From assembly GCA_000165425.1 (NCBI GenBank), contig CT868008.1:1-64000 (forward strand): 64,000 bases of DNA, read 5' to 3'. A program made the translations under genes and the position numbers. The notes under the pieces were generated by a model. That model did not search any database and was not told the origin of the DNA. It was given only the letters and a program-made list of their open reading frames with translations. This stretch comes from Paramecium tetraurelia. Taxonomy: Eukaryota. Positions 51,201-64,000 of the stretch are shown piece by piece. How positions within the stretch are numbered: position 1 is the stretch's first letter; each line of letters begins with the position of its first letter.

Positions 51201-54200
51201 ATGTTTTCTTCAACCATTCAGTGGCTTATGTATTAGGATCAATTAATAATGAAACCTTTGAGGAAGAGAATACCATAACTGAATTTTCTATACTCAATTA
51301 ATCACCTGGTAATCCTAGTGTTTTCCATTTCAAGATTTGACTCTCATTAGACATAAATTTTAAGTAATCGTATTATGACAATTTTGTCAAATGAATCCAT
51401 TCTTGCAAAGTTTTATATCTAACATTTTCATCTTAAGAGGACAAATATGTAATATATGATGCAGATAATAACGAATCTAATGGGAATTGTTTTAATTCTT
51501 AAGCAATTAAATCATGTTATTATTACCATCTAACCTTTTCTCCTGATAATTTATCTAATAAATTGGATGCCAGACTCACAGTTTGTTCTGCTTTTTCTAA
51601 ATCTCTCTTAAGTAATTCTGCCTCGCTTGTTTTAGATGCAAAATTGTTCTTTAATTCTTAGACTTTCTAATCAAGTTAATTTAATGCATCTTAACATTAT
51701 TTCAATCTATTTCTAGATGAATCCAATTTCTTACTAATCATTTATAATTCTTTTTCTAAAGGTGCAATCTTCTCTAAAACTGTAGCATATTTTAATATTG
51801 CTTTTACCCAATCAGCTAATGGTCCTGCTGCCAATGAAGCTCTATAAATGTTTTATTTTTCAAAAGAATTTGAATGTTTGGCAATTTCCTCTTCAACATC
51901 TCTTCTGATATCAGCTGTTATCATATGAGGATCAAAGTCAATGATTTAATCAATTACTTGTTTATTACCCAAAAACTTCTTAATTGCTTTCCAATTTATT
52001 TCTGTTTACTTAAAAACTTTCATAACAGCACCTAACACATCATAGATTGCAGGCGGAGGCTAAGCCAACGATTTTAATTCATCTAAATGTGACTTCGATA
52101 TTCCTTTGACTGCATTCTGTGCCTCTTATACTAATGGATTAACATCTCTCAGTTCATCTTCAACCTTATCTTTAGATACTTTGATTTTGCCTTCTTCCTC
52201 TTAAAGATATCTTTATAATTATTCAGTTTCTTATCGACGTTCAGCTGCATCTTACATTGCTTTTGATATCTTTTATAAAGCATCATCTGCTTCCAACTAC
52301 TTTTTAGACAACAAAACTTTCTTTTCTTAGGCTTCTTAAGTCAACTTATTTACTAAGTTATTTGCTTCTTATAATTTCTCAAGTCCTTTTTATAAGTGAT
52401 CTGCTTGTGATCCTTTTGATTACATCTTCGTATCCATTATTAAACTATAGGTCTAAGTCAAAGATTAAAAGCTTCTTGGATCAGCTTTTGAATTTCTATG
52501 TATTTCAACTGCATAACTAATTAATTATTCATTAACAGTATTGTTATTATTAGAAGATTCTAATTATTTTTTCATGAATTGTAACAAACTCTCTTTGGAT
52601 AATTAAGTCTACCATATAATTGTAGTATTTGTGAACAGAGCTGGATTTTATGCACAATTAGTTTAGAATTCGTGATTAGAGTTGTCCATCACCAAAGCAA
52701 TCTTCATATTTCTCTTTACTTTTTCATGAAATGCCTCATAAAGTGTTTTACCATAAAATTCCCTCTTCACTTCTTCTGGATTTTATATTAGTCTATCTAT
52801 TTCTTCATAACCAAACAACCCTGGAATTTCTCCACTTGAGATTAAGGAATTAACAGTTTCTAAGACTCCTTACTATAATAGCACATGATCTTCTAAAATC
52901 AATAAACAATTCTTAGTTTAGGCTGTTTCCATGTATGATTTAAGATCTCTCTTAAATTCTCTGATTCCATAATCTCTGCATGTGTACGGCTAAAGTACTT
53001 CTAAATTGAGCATCGTAGACATTATCTACAAACACATCTTTCTACCTATGCCATTTCTTCCAGCTAATAAGAGTGTTGTTTAACTCTATGAAGATAATGC
53101 TCTATTTAAGGATGTCAAGAGAGATAGTATTTCTTCAATCATCACAACATTTAACTCTCTATTCTCTCGAGAGTATACTTGAACAGCTTAAGAAACCAAT
53201 TAAATGAAATCCTTTTTTTCAATCTTCGACAGTGTTTGGAGATTCTGAACAGTGGCGAAATACTATTATGATTGAATGTCTTTATAGTATTTTTTAAAAA
53301 TTGGTAAAATCATTGAGTCAAATTTAAATTACTAATCTTGAGAGATCAATTTGTCTCTAAATATTTTATTGAATTCATTAAGCAGAGCCTCTGGGAATAC
53401 TGATTATATATCATTATATCTTTTTAAAGCAAAAATTATTTAAGTTATGGTTCTTGGAGTAAAGAGATAATGCCTTTGTTCGTCAACTGTGAATTTCGAT
53501 TTGATTTGTGTGTAACATTCAATCAACAACTAAGCACCTTTTTTACTTTGATTATTATCTTTAAATATCAGTATTTTAAGATATTCCTAATAAATCTATT
53601 GTAATTCATCATTAGAAGGTTATTCAATATAATAGATTCTAACATTTGCAGTAAATCTAGTCGATAATTAATGTCTTCCAATTGTTGAAGGAGGATTCAT
53701 TGAAGAAACAATTTAGATTTTATCATCCAGATATACGAATTCTAAATTTTCATCGTAGAAACCTCTGTGAGTAATTAATTGTTACAAGAAAGCAATGAGT
53801 TGAATGGTCTAATATTTATCAGGCTTAGGAAGGTTGATATCCTTTAAATAAAGAATCAAACGACTACAATCTTTAGGCTTATAGACTCTACCCAAGGCTG
53901 AAGTACCTTTTGCACAAATTTAATTTAATTTTTGAATGATTTAAGATGCACTTGTTTATGCATTGCAATTGATTGTGGCTATTTGAATTTTAATAGTTTT
54001 TTTGAGTTCTTTGAAGGCACTTTAGATTAATAGATTCTTGCCACAACCCTCTTCTCCCACAATAATGAAGGGATCATTATTGAGAATCCAAGATTGTAAC
54101 ATTTATAGATCTTTTTGATGTCCAATAGTTTTGATAACAGGAGGATCATTAACATCAGAGAATTATGATTCATCGATATTTTGATTAATGTATTGATATT

Positions 54201-57200
54201 TGTCTCCATTTTCATTTAATTCTAGATTAGAATTAATTAATGTTTAGAATTTCAACCTGATTTCTGGTTGGAAATTGGAAGTCAATCCTTATAATAGGAA
54301 GTAATTGAATTGCTATTTATTCGTTGGTATTCTCTGTAATTAGGATAAAATATTCATAATTAAACCAACTCTGGTAGTAGGTACAATCTATTATTCTTCG
54401 TAAGAGAATATTTCCTCTAGTAAATTGTATAGAGTTGATTCTATTTGATTTAATAACATGCTTTTCTTTTCTTCTTCACATTCTAATTTATTAATCCATC
54501 TAGTAACTAAAGATTACATACTGATATCTTCATTATTCAAAAATATCATTCCCATTCTACTAACAGTAGCAGGTGATGCATATTATAAATCAGAGGTTTC
54601 AAAGATGAAATTAACATTATTTTGAAATGAGATACGTTCACCAGTAGGTAATGTTAATAAATGATTATCGTCCAAGACTGAATTTAATGATTCAATCCAT
54701 TCAGGATCAATGTCTCCATCGCATATAATCCAATTTAAGACATCCACTGATTCCTTAACTACCAATCTAGCTGATGCTGTTAATACTCCCTCACTAAATT
54801 CTCTTGTGTCATTATTCATATTTCCTAATAGTTAACTTCTAGGCATTGATTTAGGATTCATCACATGAGTTTTGACTTATTACCCTAATTTCTCATGAGC
54901 TTTCTTTAAAACTTTCCATATTGTAGTCTTACCACAACCAGATGGACCTACCAATACTACACCCATCCTCTATTTAGTTGCTTCATAAAACTAAAGAATC
55001 TTTGCAATTTAATTATCAATTTCGCTCAATTTCATGCTTTATAACACTTCCTTTATTGCATTTGTCAATTTCTCATATATTATATCCTAACTATTTATGC
55101 TAGGGAAGACATCCTAGACTAATTAAACAAACTTCTTTGTATCATGATATGTCAACTTTGACATTGTATTAATTCTAATAGATTTAATCAACAACTCTGA
55201 TTCAATAGTTTCATTAATTTCTACTCCCTATTTTCTTTCTTCTTATATAATTTATCCAGCCACTGTCAATATTGTTTTAAGTGCTCTCAATCCCCCAATC
55301 ATAATGTTACTATGGACTTAACAATTATCTTGATAATGTGAATATTGTGATAATTTTCTCTGCCAAAATCTTAGCATTCTTGAATCCTTCTGAATACAAT
55401 AAGACTTCAGCAATCAATTCATTATCTGGAATTGACATAGCCACAGGTCTAAACAATTATTTTAAATTATCAGGTAATTTAGATCTTCCTCCATAATTCT
55501 TACCAGCTGGATTCAATGTAACAAATATGCCTGAATCTTTATTAACCATACAGGTTTATCCCATCAAAGTCATAGATTATGAGTTCTCCTTAATAGCATT
55601 TTAAATAATTTGAATTTATTATGATATAGCTGATAATTATTCTTCCAACAATCTATTGAATTCATCAAAACAACCCCAAGCTCCACATTTAACCAATCCC
55701 ATGAAGATACGTCCCATACTCTTAAAGTCGATACCTTCATCGCAATTAAATACCAACACCTATCTTCCAAATAACTACCCAAGTGCCTTTACTGATTCAG
55801 TCTTACCTGTACCTGCAGGACCATAAGGATTACCTCCATAACCCATGGACATTCCTTAAGTCAATGTTAAATAGCATTTGTCTGTCAAGGGGTGTATGCA
55901 CTAACTTTTATCCATTCCCTTGATATTCATAAGTATAATCAAATCTTGCTTTGCACATTATTATTTGTGCATCTTTTTAATATTCATATTTTAATTATTT
56001 ATACCAATACCAATCTGATAGTACTGAAACCTTGTTGTCAATTAGTTAACTTATTATATCCAGATGATGAATAAGATCTAAAATTAATGATTTTAATTTT
56101 AATTGTAATAGATAATTATTTGATGATTGTGCATTCAATTGAGTATATTAATCTAATAATTTTAACTATGTTTATTTGAACTAAGGGTAATTTATTAGAA
56201 TTCAATGCTGACACTGCTTATTCAGTGAACTTAATTCTATTAATATTGATATATAAATTACTCTTCTGATAAGCAAAGAATCTAAGATGGGAATTTATTG
56301 AAATCCATGTTTCTACTCTTTTAAGCATTATTTCAACAATTGACTTAAAGTCTCTTTCATATTTGAAAAGATAATACTGACAACCAACTCTCTACTATCT
56401 CATTTACTTAAATAGAATTATTAAATTGAACTTATTCCTTTTAGGATGATAACATAGAATAAATCTAAGTATTATCCTTACTGAATTCTACAGAGTTTAT
56501 TCCTGCAAATAATTTCTTGAGATGCATCTAAATTACTTGAGGATTTTAAGATTGGCCCAATATTTCTAATAGATCATCATCACCCAAAAAGTAGAAACGT
56601 GGAAACTTACCTCTTTTCTCCTCTAAGAAATCATTCAAAGCCTTTTAACATCTTTCTAATTGATCCAAAACTGTATCCAATGTATCCTTGATTCCTGGAA
56701 TACTACACAAAGAAACCACCTTTTAATCTCTTTGGATTCCCAACATTATATTTCTGAAGTCCTCATCTAGTCTCCTGAATCTTGCCTATTCTTAAGGTAG
56801 TGCTCCCCTAACAAAAATAGGTTCAAGATAAACCCATTTTCTTTGAATAATTTATAATTTGGATAAATATTCATCAATACCACCCAATTTCAATTCAAAT
56901 TAATCAACTTAATCTTTAAATCTATTAATAAATTTGGATTCCTTTAAGGATGCCAATAAGGATTGGTTATCACTAACTTTTGTCATTAATTCTTTCCATT
57001 CTTTAATTAAGGGAGTAACCCTGTTATTATTAGTGTAATCAGTCAAATCGAATTCTGAAGTATCACACCATGTTTTCAATTCAAAGATTGCTTCTCTCAA
57101 AGTAATTTCCCCTTATGCTCTTGCTTACAATTCTCGAATATCATTTTGTTTGTCCAATACTAATTTATCACAATTAAGTAAGTCCTTGAATAGCAACTTT

Positions 57201-60200
57201 TCTTTTTTCATTTCTTTTAACTTAAGAATCATAAACAAACTAGTCCAATGTTCAGGTTCGAATGCATCTCCAACAATTAGTTTTAATAATGGATTTATTT
57301 TGAGATATAACTCAATCTAAGAAAAGATGTAATTTATGATTGCCTCTTTTTTAGTGAACGTTCCTTTGGCCAATTCTGCTTTTATTTATTCCTATTCTTG
57401 TAACAATAACTCTTAAAACATATATAATTTAGTTCTGAAACTCAACCAATCCTCTTTGCCTAGATTATTAATATTCTATTAGAATTTATCATAATAACTC
57501 CATACTACTTCTGAGTCTGTCATTTCAACCTTAACCTTATCATATTAAGTAAATGTTGGAACTTCCATTTCAAAGTGTTAATGATCCTTAATAAGAGTCT
57601 AAATCTTTTCATCCAATTGTTTCCATTATTATCTCCATTGCTACATATTCTCGGCTAGATCATTTGCTGATGATCTATCTAATTCACTCAATTATTTTGG
57701 TTTTACAGCAGAATATCTTGAATAAAACTTCTCAATATCACTATCTACCTCCTTCGCTCTTGCCTACATATCCTTTTTTAATTGTTTAGTCTACTCAGCT
57801 AAAATTGAATCGAAATCTCCTATCAGTAGTTCAAAATTCTCCCAGTTCTTATTTATTTATTACAATTGTAGTAAGATTGGATTCTAGGCTTGAGATTATG
57901 AACTCAAAGAATTGATTAATTTTTGTTTTTATTGGCAATCTTGCATTTTCTAAGTCATTTCAAATTTCTATGCTTTGATATCAACATATTTCTTTTATGC
58001 TTCATTCATCTCATTCATATTTTATGGCTTTTATGACAATTTCTATTGAGTTTCACTTAAAAATTGTTCAATTTCAACTATATTATTTTTAATTTAATTT
58101 TTCAATTCATTCAACATATTATCCACTAATTTGGTCAGCAATTCATCAACTTATTACTTAAATAAACTGATATTAATGTTAAAGCACTCAATCTTTTAAT
58201 AATCATTAATTTTTTCTAATTCTTTTCTTCTTTGTCTAACTTCTTTCATGAAATTCTCCCATTATTCCAAATTACCCAATTATAATTGTAATTATTCAGC
58301 ATCCAACTATGCAACAACTGACCAACACATATATTGACTACTTAAACCAATTAATTTTTCAAAGATCTGTTCACTTTTCTCGTATACTTATATAACAAAC
58401 ACAGCATTTCTCTCAGGCATCTACATGTAAATATCATTATTCCCTCCTACCCCTATAAATTATGAAGGATATTATATATATTTTTTCAATTCATTGTAGT
58501 ATTTCTCTCTTAATTCTTCAATAGTTGGCTTATATGCAACCTAGCCATTCTTTATAATAAGATCTGCTTAAATTTCATTAATAGCATGATCCATTTCTTA
58601 GAATCCTTTCTTATACTAAAACTCTAACGCTTTGTATAATTAGAAATCAATATGAGTTCTCCATCCAACTGTGAATTTACCGTCAATGCTATTACAAGTC
58701 TATTCTATTACTTTCTTTATTTGATCCACCTTTTCCTTCCATAGAATTCTTTTATTTCAATTCAATCTAAAACAACAAACAAATATTATCAATTATCTAT
58801 TAATGGTTTTTTCTTAATCTTTTATTTTCTTGCATTATATCATTTGCTGATTCTTAAACTTTCTAAACATAATTTTCTAATTCTTATGTATTTTCCCACG
58901 TAATACTATTTTTCTTTTTTGAATTCTTAACAGTGTCTTCAAATCTTACAGCCTAATTAACTAGCATTGGTTTTTAACATTCAATAATTTAGTCTGACAT
59001 TTAATTATAGAAGCTAGCTATAGATTTCAAAGTTAGAGCTTCCTTATAAAATCTTTTGCCTGTTTCTACAATTGTATGAATTTCATTCGATATACTTTTT
59101 CTATAACCAAGCTCACATAATTGTCTCACTTCCTTTATTAATTAAACTAATTTATCAGAATAATTAACTCTGACTAAACCATCCTACATATCAATTTCCA
59201 TCAACTTTCCTGAAATCTGTAATGATATTTCATTCTTCTTTAACTACGAATCAATTTCTTTTCTCCACTAATCAAATAATTCCTATTCAAATTATTAAAC
59301 TTATTTTATAAGATTTTAACACATAACTATAAATTAAGCAGATTTCTTAATATCACTAAATAATTATTAAATTAATTAAATGATTCTCTTCACTTTTCCA
59401 ATCAATGATTTACACCATACAATTTAATGAATATTTTTAGAGAACCCAATCTAATAAGGTAATTTCTCCTCCTCTCCATCATCAAGAAAGGCAGCTCCAG
59501 ATCTAGTATTAAACTCCTATTCAATTTTTGAAATCATATTTGTTATTGAAGTAATCAATGAATCACGTTCTGTTAAAAAGTGCTTCTAAATAGAGTTTCT
59601 AGATAGTAATCCAGTCCATCTTTGCATCTCTCGAATAGTTTACAGTGGATTTTCCTTCATGACTTGCTATTTAAACACCTATTGCCTTAAGAGATTTAGG
59701 ATATCTTATTCAGCACTCTCTAAGTTATTAAGTACTTTTTTGTAGGCAACATTAAACAAAGAATCCTAACCTATTGACATAAATGGATTGACTTCAAATA
59801 ATTCCTTAAAGAAATCTTAATCAATATCGCTTCTCTTCAGTTCTTCATAAATACTTCGCAATTCAATTAGATCACTCAATCTCTTCTCAATTTATTCAAA
59901 CTCTTGCAAATTAGGGTTAATTTTCCAATCATATTCAAAGTATTTCCTTAGATTTTCTCCAAACATCCTAACCATTTTCTGACATTCCAATAATAAAAGT
60001 TTTTGTTATTGAGTATTGCTAAATATTTATTGCCCTTAGGGTATTAGATGTTGCAATTTGATTATAATTTAATTGTACATAGAAGATAACATTCCTTGCA
60101 ATTTCTATTCATTATATAACTGTTAAGTGTATAGCTCATCAAGACAAACCAAAGTTTGATCCAATAAATCAGAAAATTTATTTATCTCTAATTATTTAAC

Positions 60201-60834
60201 ATCTTTCCATAATTAAGTAACCTTTTAGTAGACCTGACAAATTTGATTGGCAGCTCTTTATTAACTTTCTGAACTTGTTGCAGATTATGAAATTCTCAAC
60301 CATTATTCTATTTCATCAATTGGTCGACTTACATTTCTCTATTCTATTTATACATTGTCGATATCATTATCTTAAAGTCCTTATAACACCTGCCTATAAT
60401 TTAAATCAAATTTGATTACTTGAATCCTGATAACTTTTTTTTAATTTTTTCATCAACCCCAGCTCCCATCAATGGTTAATATATCAAAGATAAATGTGAA
60501 CTTAATTCTGTTACCACATTAGGTGATAATAATTAGACTGTAAGATTAGTGAAATAATTATCCTCAGTTATTACATCCGTATCAATCTTACTTATGGCAA
60601 TCAATTTAGTTTGTGGATTCAATTCATCTAAATATGGCATTTCATATTACCAACTTTACCAGGGTTAAACAATTTTAATCCTTATCCTTGCATGTATTAA
60701 AGAATCAAACATTTTTTCTCCTGCCCAATCATAAATTTATCTAATGTTTGCCCCGATGCCAATCCTTGAGGAGTTTGAGGTAAATTAAGAAGGGCCTAAA
60801 CACAATTAACTAAATATTATTTTGCCGGGTCCAT
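48241..60834 (-). CDS. DYNC2H1: Cytoplasmic dynein-2 heavy chain (DHC1b, retrograde IFT motor)
   Basis: AAA1 [29 protein letters not shown]2 GPSGCGKT and [48 protein letters not shown]-term GVALFL; N-term VITEDNYF similar to dynein-2; several apparent frameshifts. Confidence 0.93.
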
Positions 60835-60932
60835 GAAATAATAAAATAAATATTAAATTCAAGGAATTCTCTACTCTTAACATATTAATACAAGTTTATA
60901 AAATAAATTACAAAATTAATATTAATGGGAAG

Positions 60933-62365
60933 TCATTTTTTATGATTTTGTAAAATAGTAGTTACTTAAGCACTTAAACTATGATATTTCTCTGACAAAA
61001 AGTGATCTTCTTTAAGTTATTCGTCTTCATCAAATTAAGTTGTCTTAAAGAATGTCCCAGGTTTTTTCAATGTATCAGGCAACGTCTTTAAACAAATTTT
61101 GTTCTGACTTTTCACTTCATCTGGAATCGGTTCTTAAAGCTCTTCGCTAATTTCGTCAATAGATCTCTAATAAATAATTCCCATAGAATTGTATATGCTT
61201 AAATTCTGATTGCCACTGCCGCAATTGCTATTGCTATTCTAATTAGATTCTTATTTATTTATCGGAGGCTATAATTATTAAAATTTAGATGGAGTCTATG
61301 CAGCTAAGTTATTGCAATTAAGCAAGTTGGATGAAAATTTTTCAAATTGCTTCAGTGGGAGTTCATCAGTTTGCAATGTTCCATACCTATTCATATTTTT
61401 GTCATAGTTATTCAATTGTGCATCCCACTCGTATTTATAATCCAAGAAAATATTAGAATGTTTAGCTGCTTATTAAATCAATTTCACAATGGTCTTATAG
61501 TCTGGTTCAGATGCATAAGTTAACTTCCTTAAATACCTAATAATTATTGAAAAGTATTACTCATATATTTTAATAAATTCATTAGGTAAATCTTTGAATA
61601 GTTCTTTCACTTCGATAGTTTCTTTAATCTCTCCTATTTTTTATGTCCTTTAATCATCAGGTACATGCTTTAGGTTTTGCCATGGTAAAGTACTAAACTA
61701 ATACTATTCACAAGCTGATACCCTTTGAGACAGTAGAGCATAACATAAAACAACGATTCCAAATCATCCTTTCTTCCTAATTCATATCCTTTATGCGCTG
61801 CTATTGATGCATATCTGGAAGTACCCACGAATGGCACTCTGTCTTTAAAAGGGCTTTTTTGGCATAATTTAAGACAATACATTAAAATCCCATTTTTGCG
61901 AATATAAATTTTACTAATCCCAAAATCGATCAAATACACCTTATTTTTTTCATCCAACATCATATTCTCTGGTTTCAAGTCTCGATGAAGTACACCTTAT
62001 TTATGTATTTCTTCTAATATTAAAACCAGTTCTATTGATAGTTAGAAAACAGATTTTAAACTCAACTTTTTCCTTTACTTTAGGATTGAGGATAAATCTT
62101 TTTATAACATTTCCATGACGATAACATTGTAAGAATCCTCCCAACCATAATATAACATTTAAGGCACTCCTCTAACATTTGATAATCTTGACAAAATTTC
62201 AACTTCTCTTTCAAGTGATCGCAAATGCTCATTTTCTGGCCTCTCTATTTTTATAGCCACTTGATTTCCATTTTTTTAATCAATTCCTTACATTACTATT
62301 CCAAAAGACCCTGACGATATCTTCTTTTAAGTGACGAACTGATTATTAATTTTGAGTTATTTCAT
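60933..62365 (-). CDS. Casein kinase 1 family protein kinase
   Basis: ISSGSFG, VAIKIE, HRDLKPEN, LIDFG, FVGTSRYASIAAHKG, GRKDDLES. Confidence 0.93.
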
Positions 62366-62384
62366 ACAGATTATTTTAATAAAT

Positions 62385-62867
62385 ATGTAAGAAAATACAT
62401 AGACTTTCGAAGCTATCCAATAATTATTGAATACTAATAATATCCAATTCAAATTATTGATTCATGAACCTACTAAGACATCGGAAGAATCAGCCAAGGT
62501 GAGAGGAGTCTCCTTAGATAGTGGAGCAAAAGCAATGTTATTATAAAACAAAAAAACTTAACTTTTTATATTATGTGTAATGTCTGCTTCCAAGAAATTA
62601 TCTTGGAAATTAATAAGAAAGCTCCTAGATTGTAAATAACTGGATTTAGCTAATGAACAATAAGTCTATGAAGTTACTAAGTGTGTCACTGGTGCAGTCC
62701 CTCCTTTCGGAAGTATATTCAAAGTTCAAACTTATTTGGACCCATCATTAATAACACAAGGAGATTAGATCAATTTCAATTGTGGACTTAGAACACACAG
62801 TGTTGCAATGTCAATTCAAGATTATTTAAAAATAGAGAATCCTATATAATTGTAATTCTGTGAATGA
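62385..62867 (+). CDS. YbaK/ProX (INS superfamily) trans-editing aminoacyl-tRNA deacylase, YeaK/ProXp-y-like
   Basis: 160 aa intronless ORF: HEPTKTSEESAKVRGVSLDSGAKAML; TKCVTGAVPPFG; DPSL; INFNCG; DYLKIENP. Confidence 0.88.
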
Positions 62868-62890
62868 TCAATTATAAAATAAATATTAAA

Positions 62891-63222
62891 ATGAGTAAAA
62901 TTACAAAGGAGGAAGCCTATAAGTTAAAGAAATTGTTCTTTAAATCCTAAAATATACTCGATAAATATTAACCTAAGAAATATACCAACATTTCCTCTCG
63001 ATTACCATCTCTTCAAACTTGTCAATCACCAAAAACAGTCTTGCCAATGAAACAGTGTGTTACTTAATCGATTAAAGAACTTCTAGTAATCTCTATATTA
63101 AAACTAATTAGAATGCCAATGTATATTAATATATTGAAGGAATCCTGTACACCGAAGATTGTGTAATGCCTCTAAAAAAATAACCTTAGAAAGTTAAAAA
63201 AATTGTTAGATTTGTTGATTGA
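62891..63222 (+). CDS. Small basic hypothetical protein ending KKIVRFVD
   Basis: MSKITKEEAYKLKKLFFK...; one intron ~63086-63111. Confidence 0.65.
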
Positions 63223-63588
63223 TATTATGCACTATTCAATATCACTATTTTGTATTTCAATAAATCTAAATATATTAAATTTGTTCTTTTTATGAAATAT
63301 CTGAAATTCAACAGTCAGTGATCAAATAATAAATCAAAAATATATTTAGGATTATTAATTTAATTCTAGGTTTTCGTTGATTTAGTTGTTTTAATTACGA
63401 TATAGCATCTACAAGATTGCTTTAATCATTTATTTCCTTAATCCGTAATTATTTCGATTTCTGTAATTAAATTGATTTTAATAATATTATTTGCAAAAAT
63501 AATAATTAGATTTTATTGGATTTTTCCAATTATATATAGAAAATTGAGTTTAAATCAAATCAATAAATTAACAATATATTAAATTTCT

Positions 63589-64000
63589 TCAATTTCCTTA
63601 TTTAATTTTCCTTCTTGTTCCATTTAATGCTCCATCTAGCTACGTTAATGAAGCGATTATATTGAAAATCATAAATATTAAAGTACTAGCAAGAAAATAA
63701 TAAAATTGTTTGATATTTCCTTTTCCTATACATTTTCCAGTCCATGGACAATGATGATCCATCTCCTAAATGCATACATCACAATCACTACAATGCACTG
63801 TACCATGTAATTGTAACAATTTACATTTGGGACAATACCAAGTCTTACTATCATTTTACATGTCTAATTATGGTGCACATCTTGTCCTAGTTTCAATTTA
63901 ATTATTTTTATCATAATTAATTACTCCTGGATTAATTAAAGCAACCCAAGCATAACTCCAACATTGATTTACACAGACTAAAAAAGTTGCCCACTTGATG
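63589..64000 (-). CDS. DHHC palmitoyl-acyltransferase (3' part)
   Basis: WYCPKCKLLQLHGTVHCSDCDVCIQEMDHHCPWTGKCIGKGNIKQFYYFL. Confidence 0.92.

Noticed and set aside
55285..55300. CCCCCAA resembling a telomeric C4A2 unit
   Set aside because: Single copy within the dynein DWGLR codons
4895..58755. Euplotes-type programmed +1 ribosomal frameshifting as the cause of the broken frames
   Set aside because: Sites share no AAA-TAR motif, involve different bases and cluster in patches, which fits sequencing over-calls better
63589..64000. Cys-rich region first read as an IBR/RBR ligase
   Set aside because: DHHCPWTGKCIG motif and flanking TM helices identify a DHHC acyltransferase
1..64000. tRNA/rRNA/snRNA genes, transposons, retained IESs, CRISPR arrays, selenocysteine TGA read-through
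   Set aside because: No recognisable signatures by eye; short ncRNAs or IESs in spacers cannot be excluded without covariance-model searches and germline data

Overview
This is AT-rich, gene-dense ciliate macronuclear DNA, almost certainly Paramecium (P. tetraurelia-like). Genes read through only when TAA/TAG = Gln and TGA is the sole stop. They carry tiny (about 20-32 nt) GT..AG introns, and intergenic spacers are often under 30 nt. The supplied standard-code ORF track is therefore mostly fragments or shadow ORFs. By manual translation I find about 35 protein genes. Named families: cytoplasmic dynein-2 heavy chain (12.6 kb), casein kinase 1, Rab8/Sec4, cyclic-nucleotide PDE, PTB/hnRNP-L, Pumilio and TIS11-type RNA-binding proteins, Noc2, sorting nexin, Skp1-like, GBP-type GTPase, mitochondrial DnaJ, DHHC acyltransferase, DUF3228, WD40, a TRIM-like RING/B-box/LRR protein and a RING E3. 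The most unusual items are: (i) a short-form (type IIB/PhzC-like) class II DAHP synthase lacking the allosteric insert; (ii) an intronless bacterial YeaK/ProXp-y-like tRNA deacylase; (iii) a membrane pepsin-like protein with DTTS/DSTT instead of DTGS/DSGT and a poly-TAA-encoded Q-rich tail; (iv) a divergent ATP-grasp-like protein; (v) near-zero intergenic spacers; (vi) clustered +1/+2 homopolymer insertions breaking otherwise intact genes, most likely assembly errors. I saw no RNA genes, transposons, telomeres or CRISPR arrays. Exon boundaries are hand-derived and approximate, and no database searches were run.
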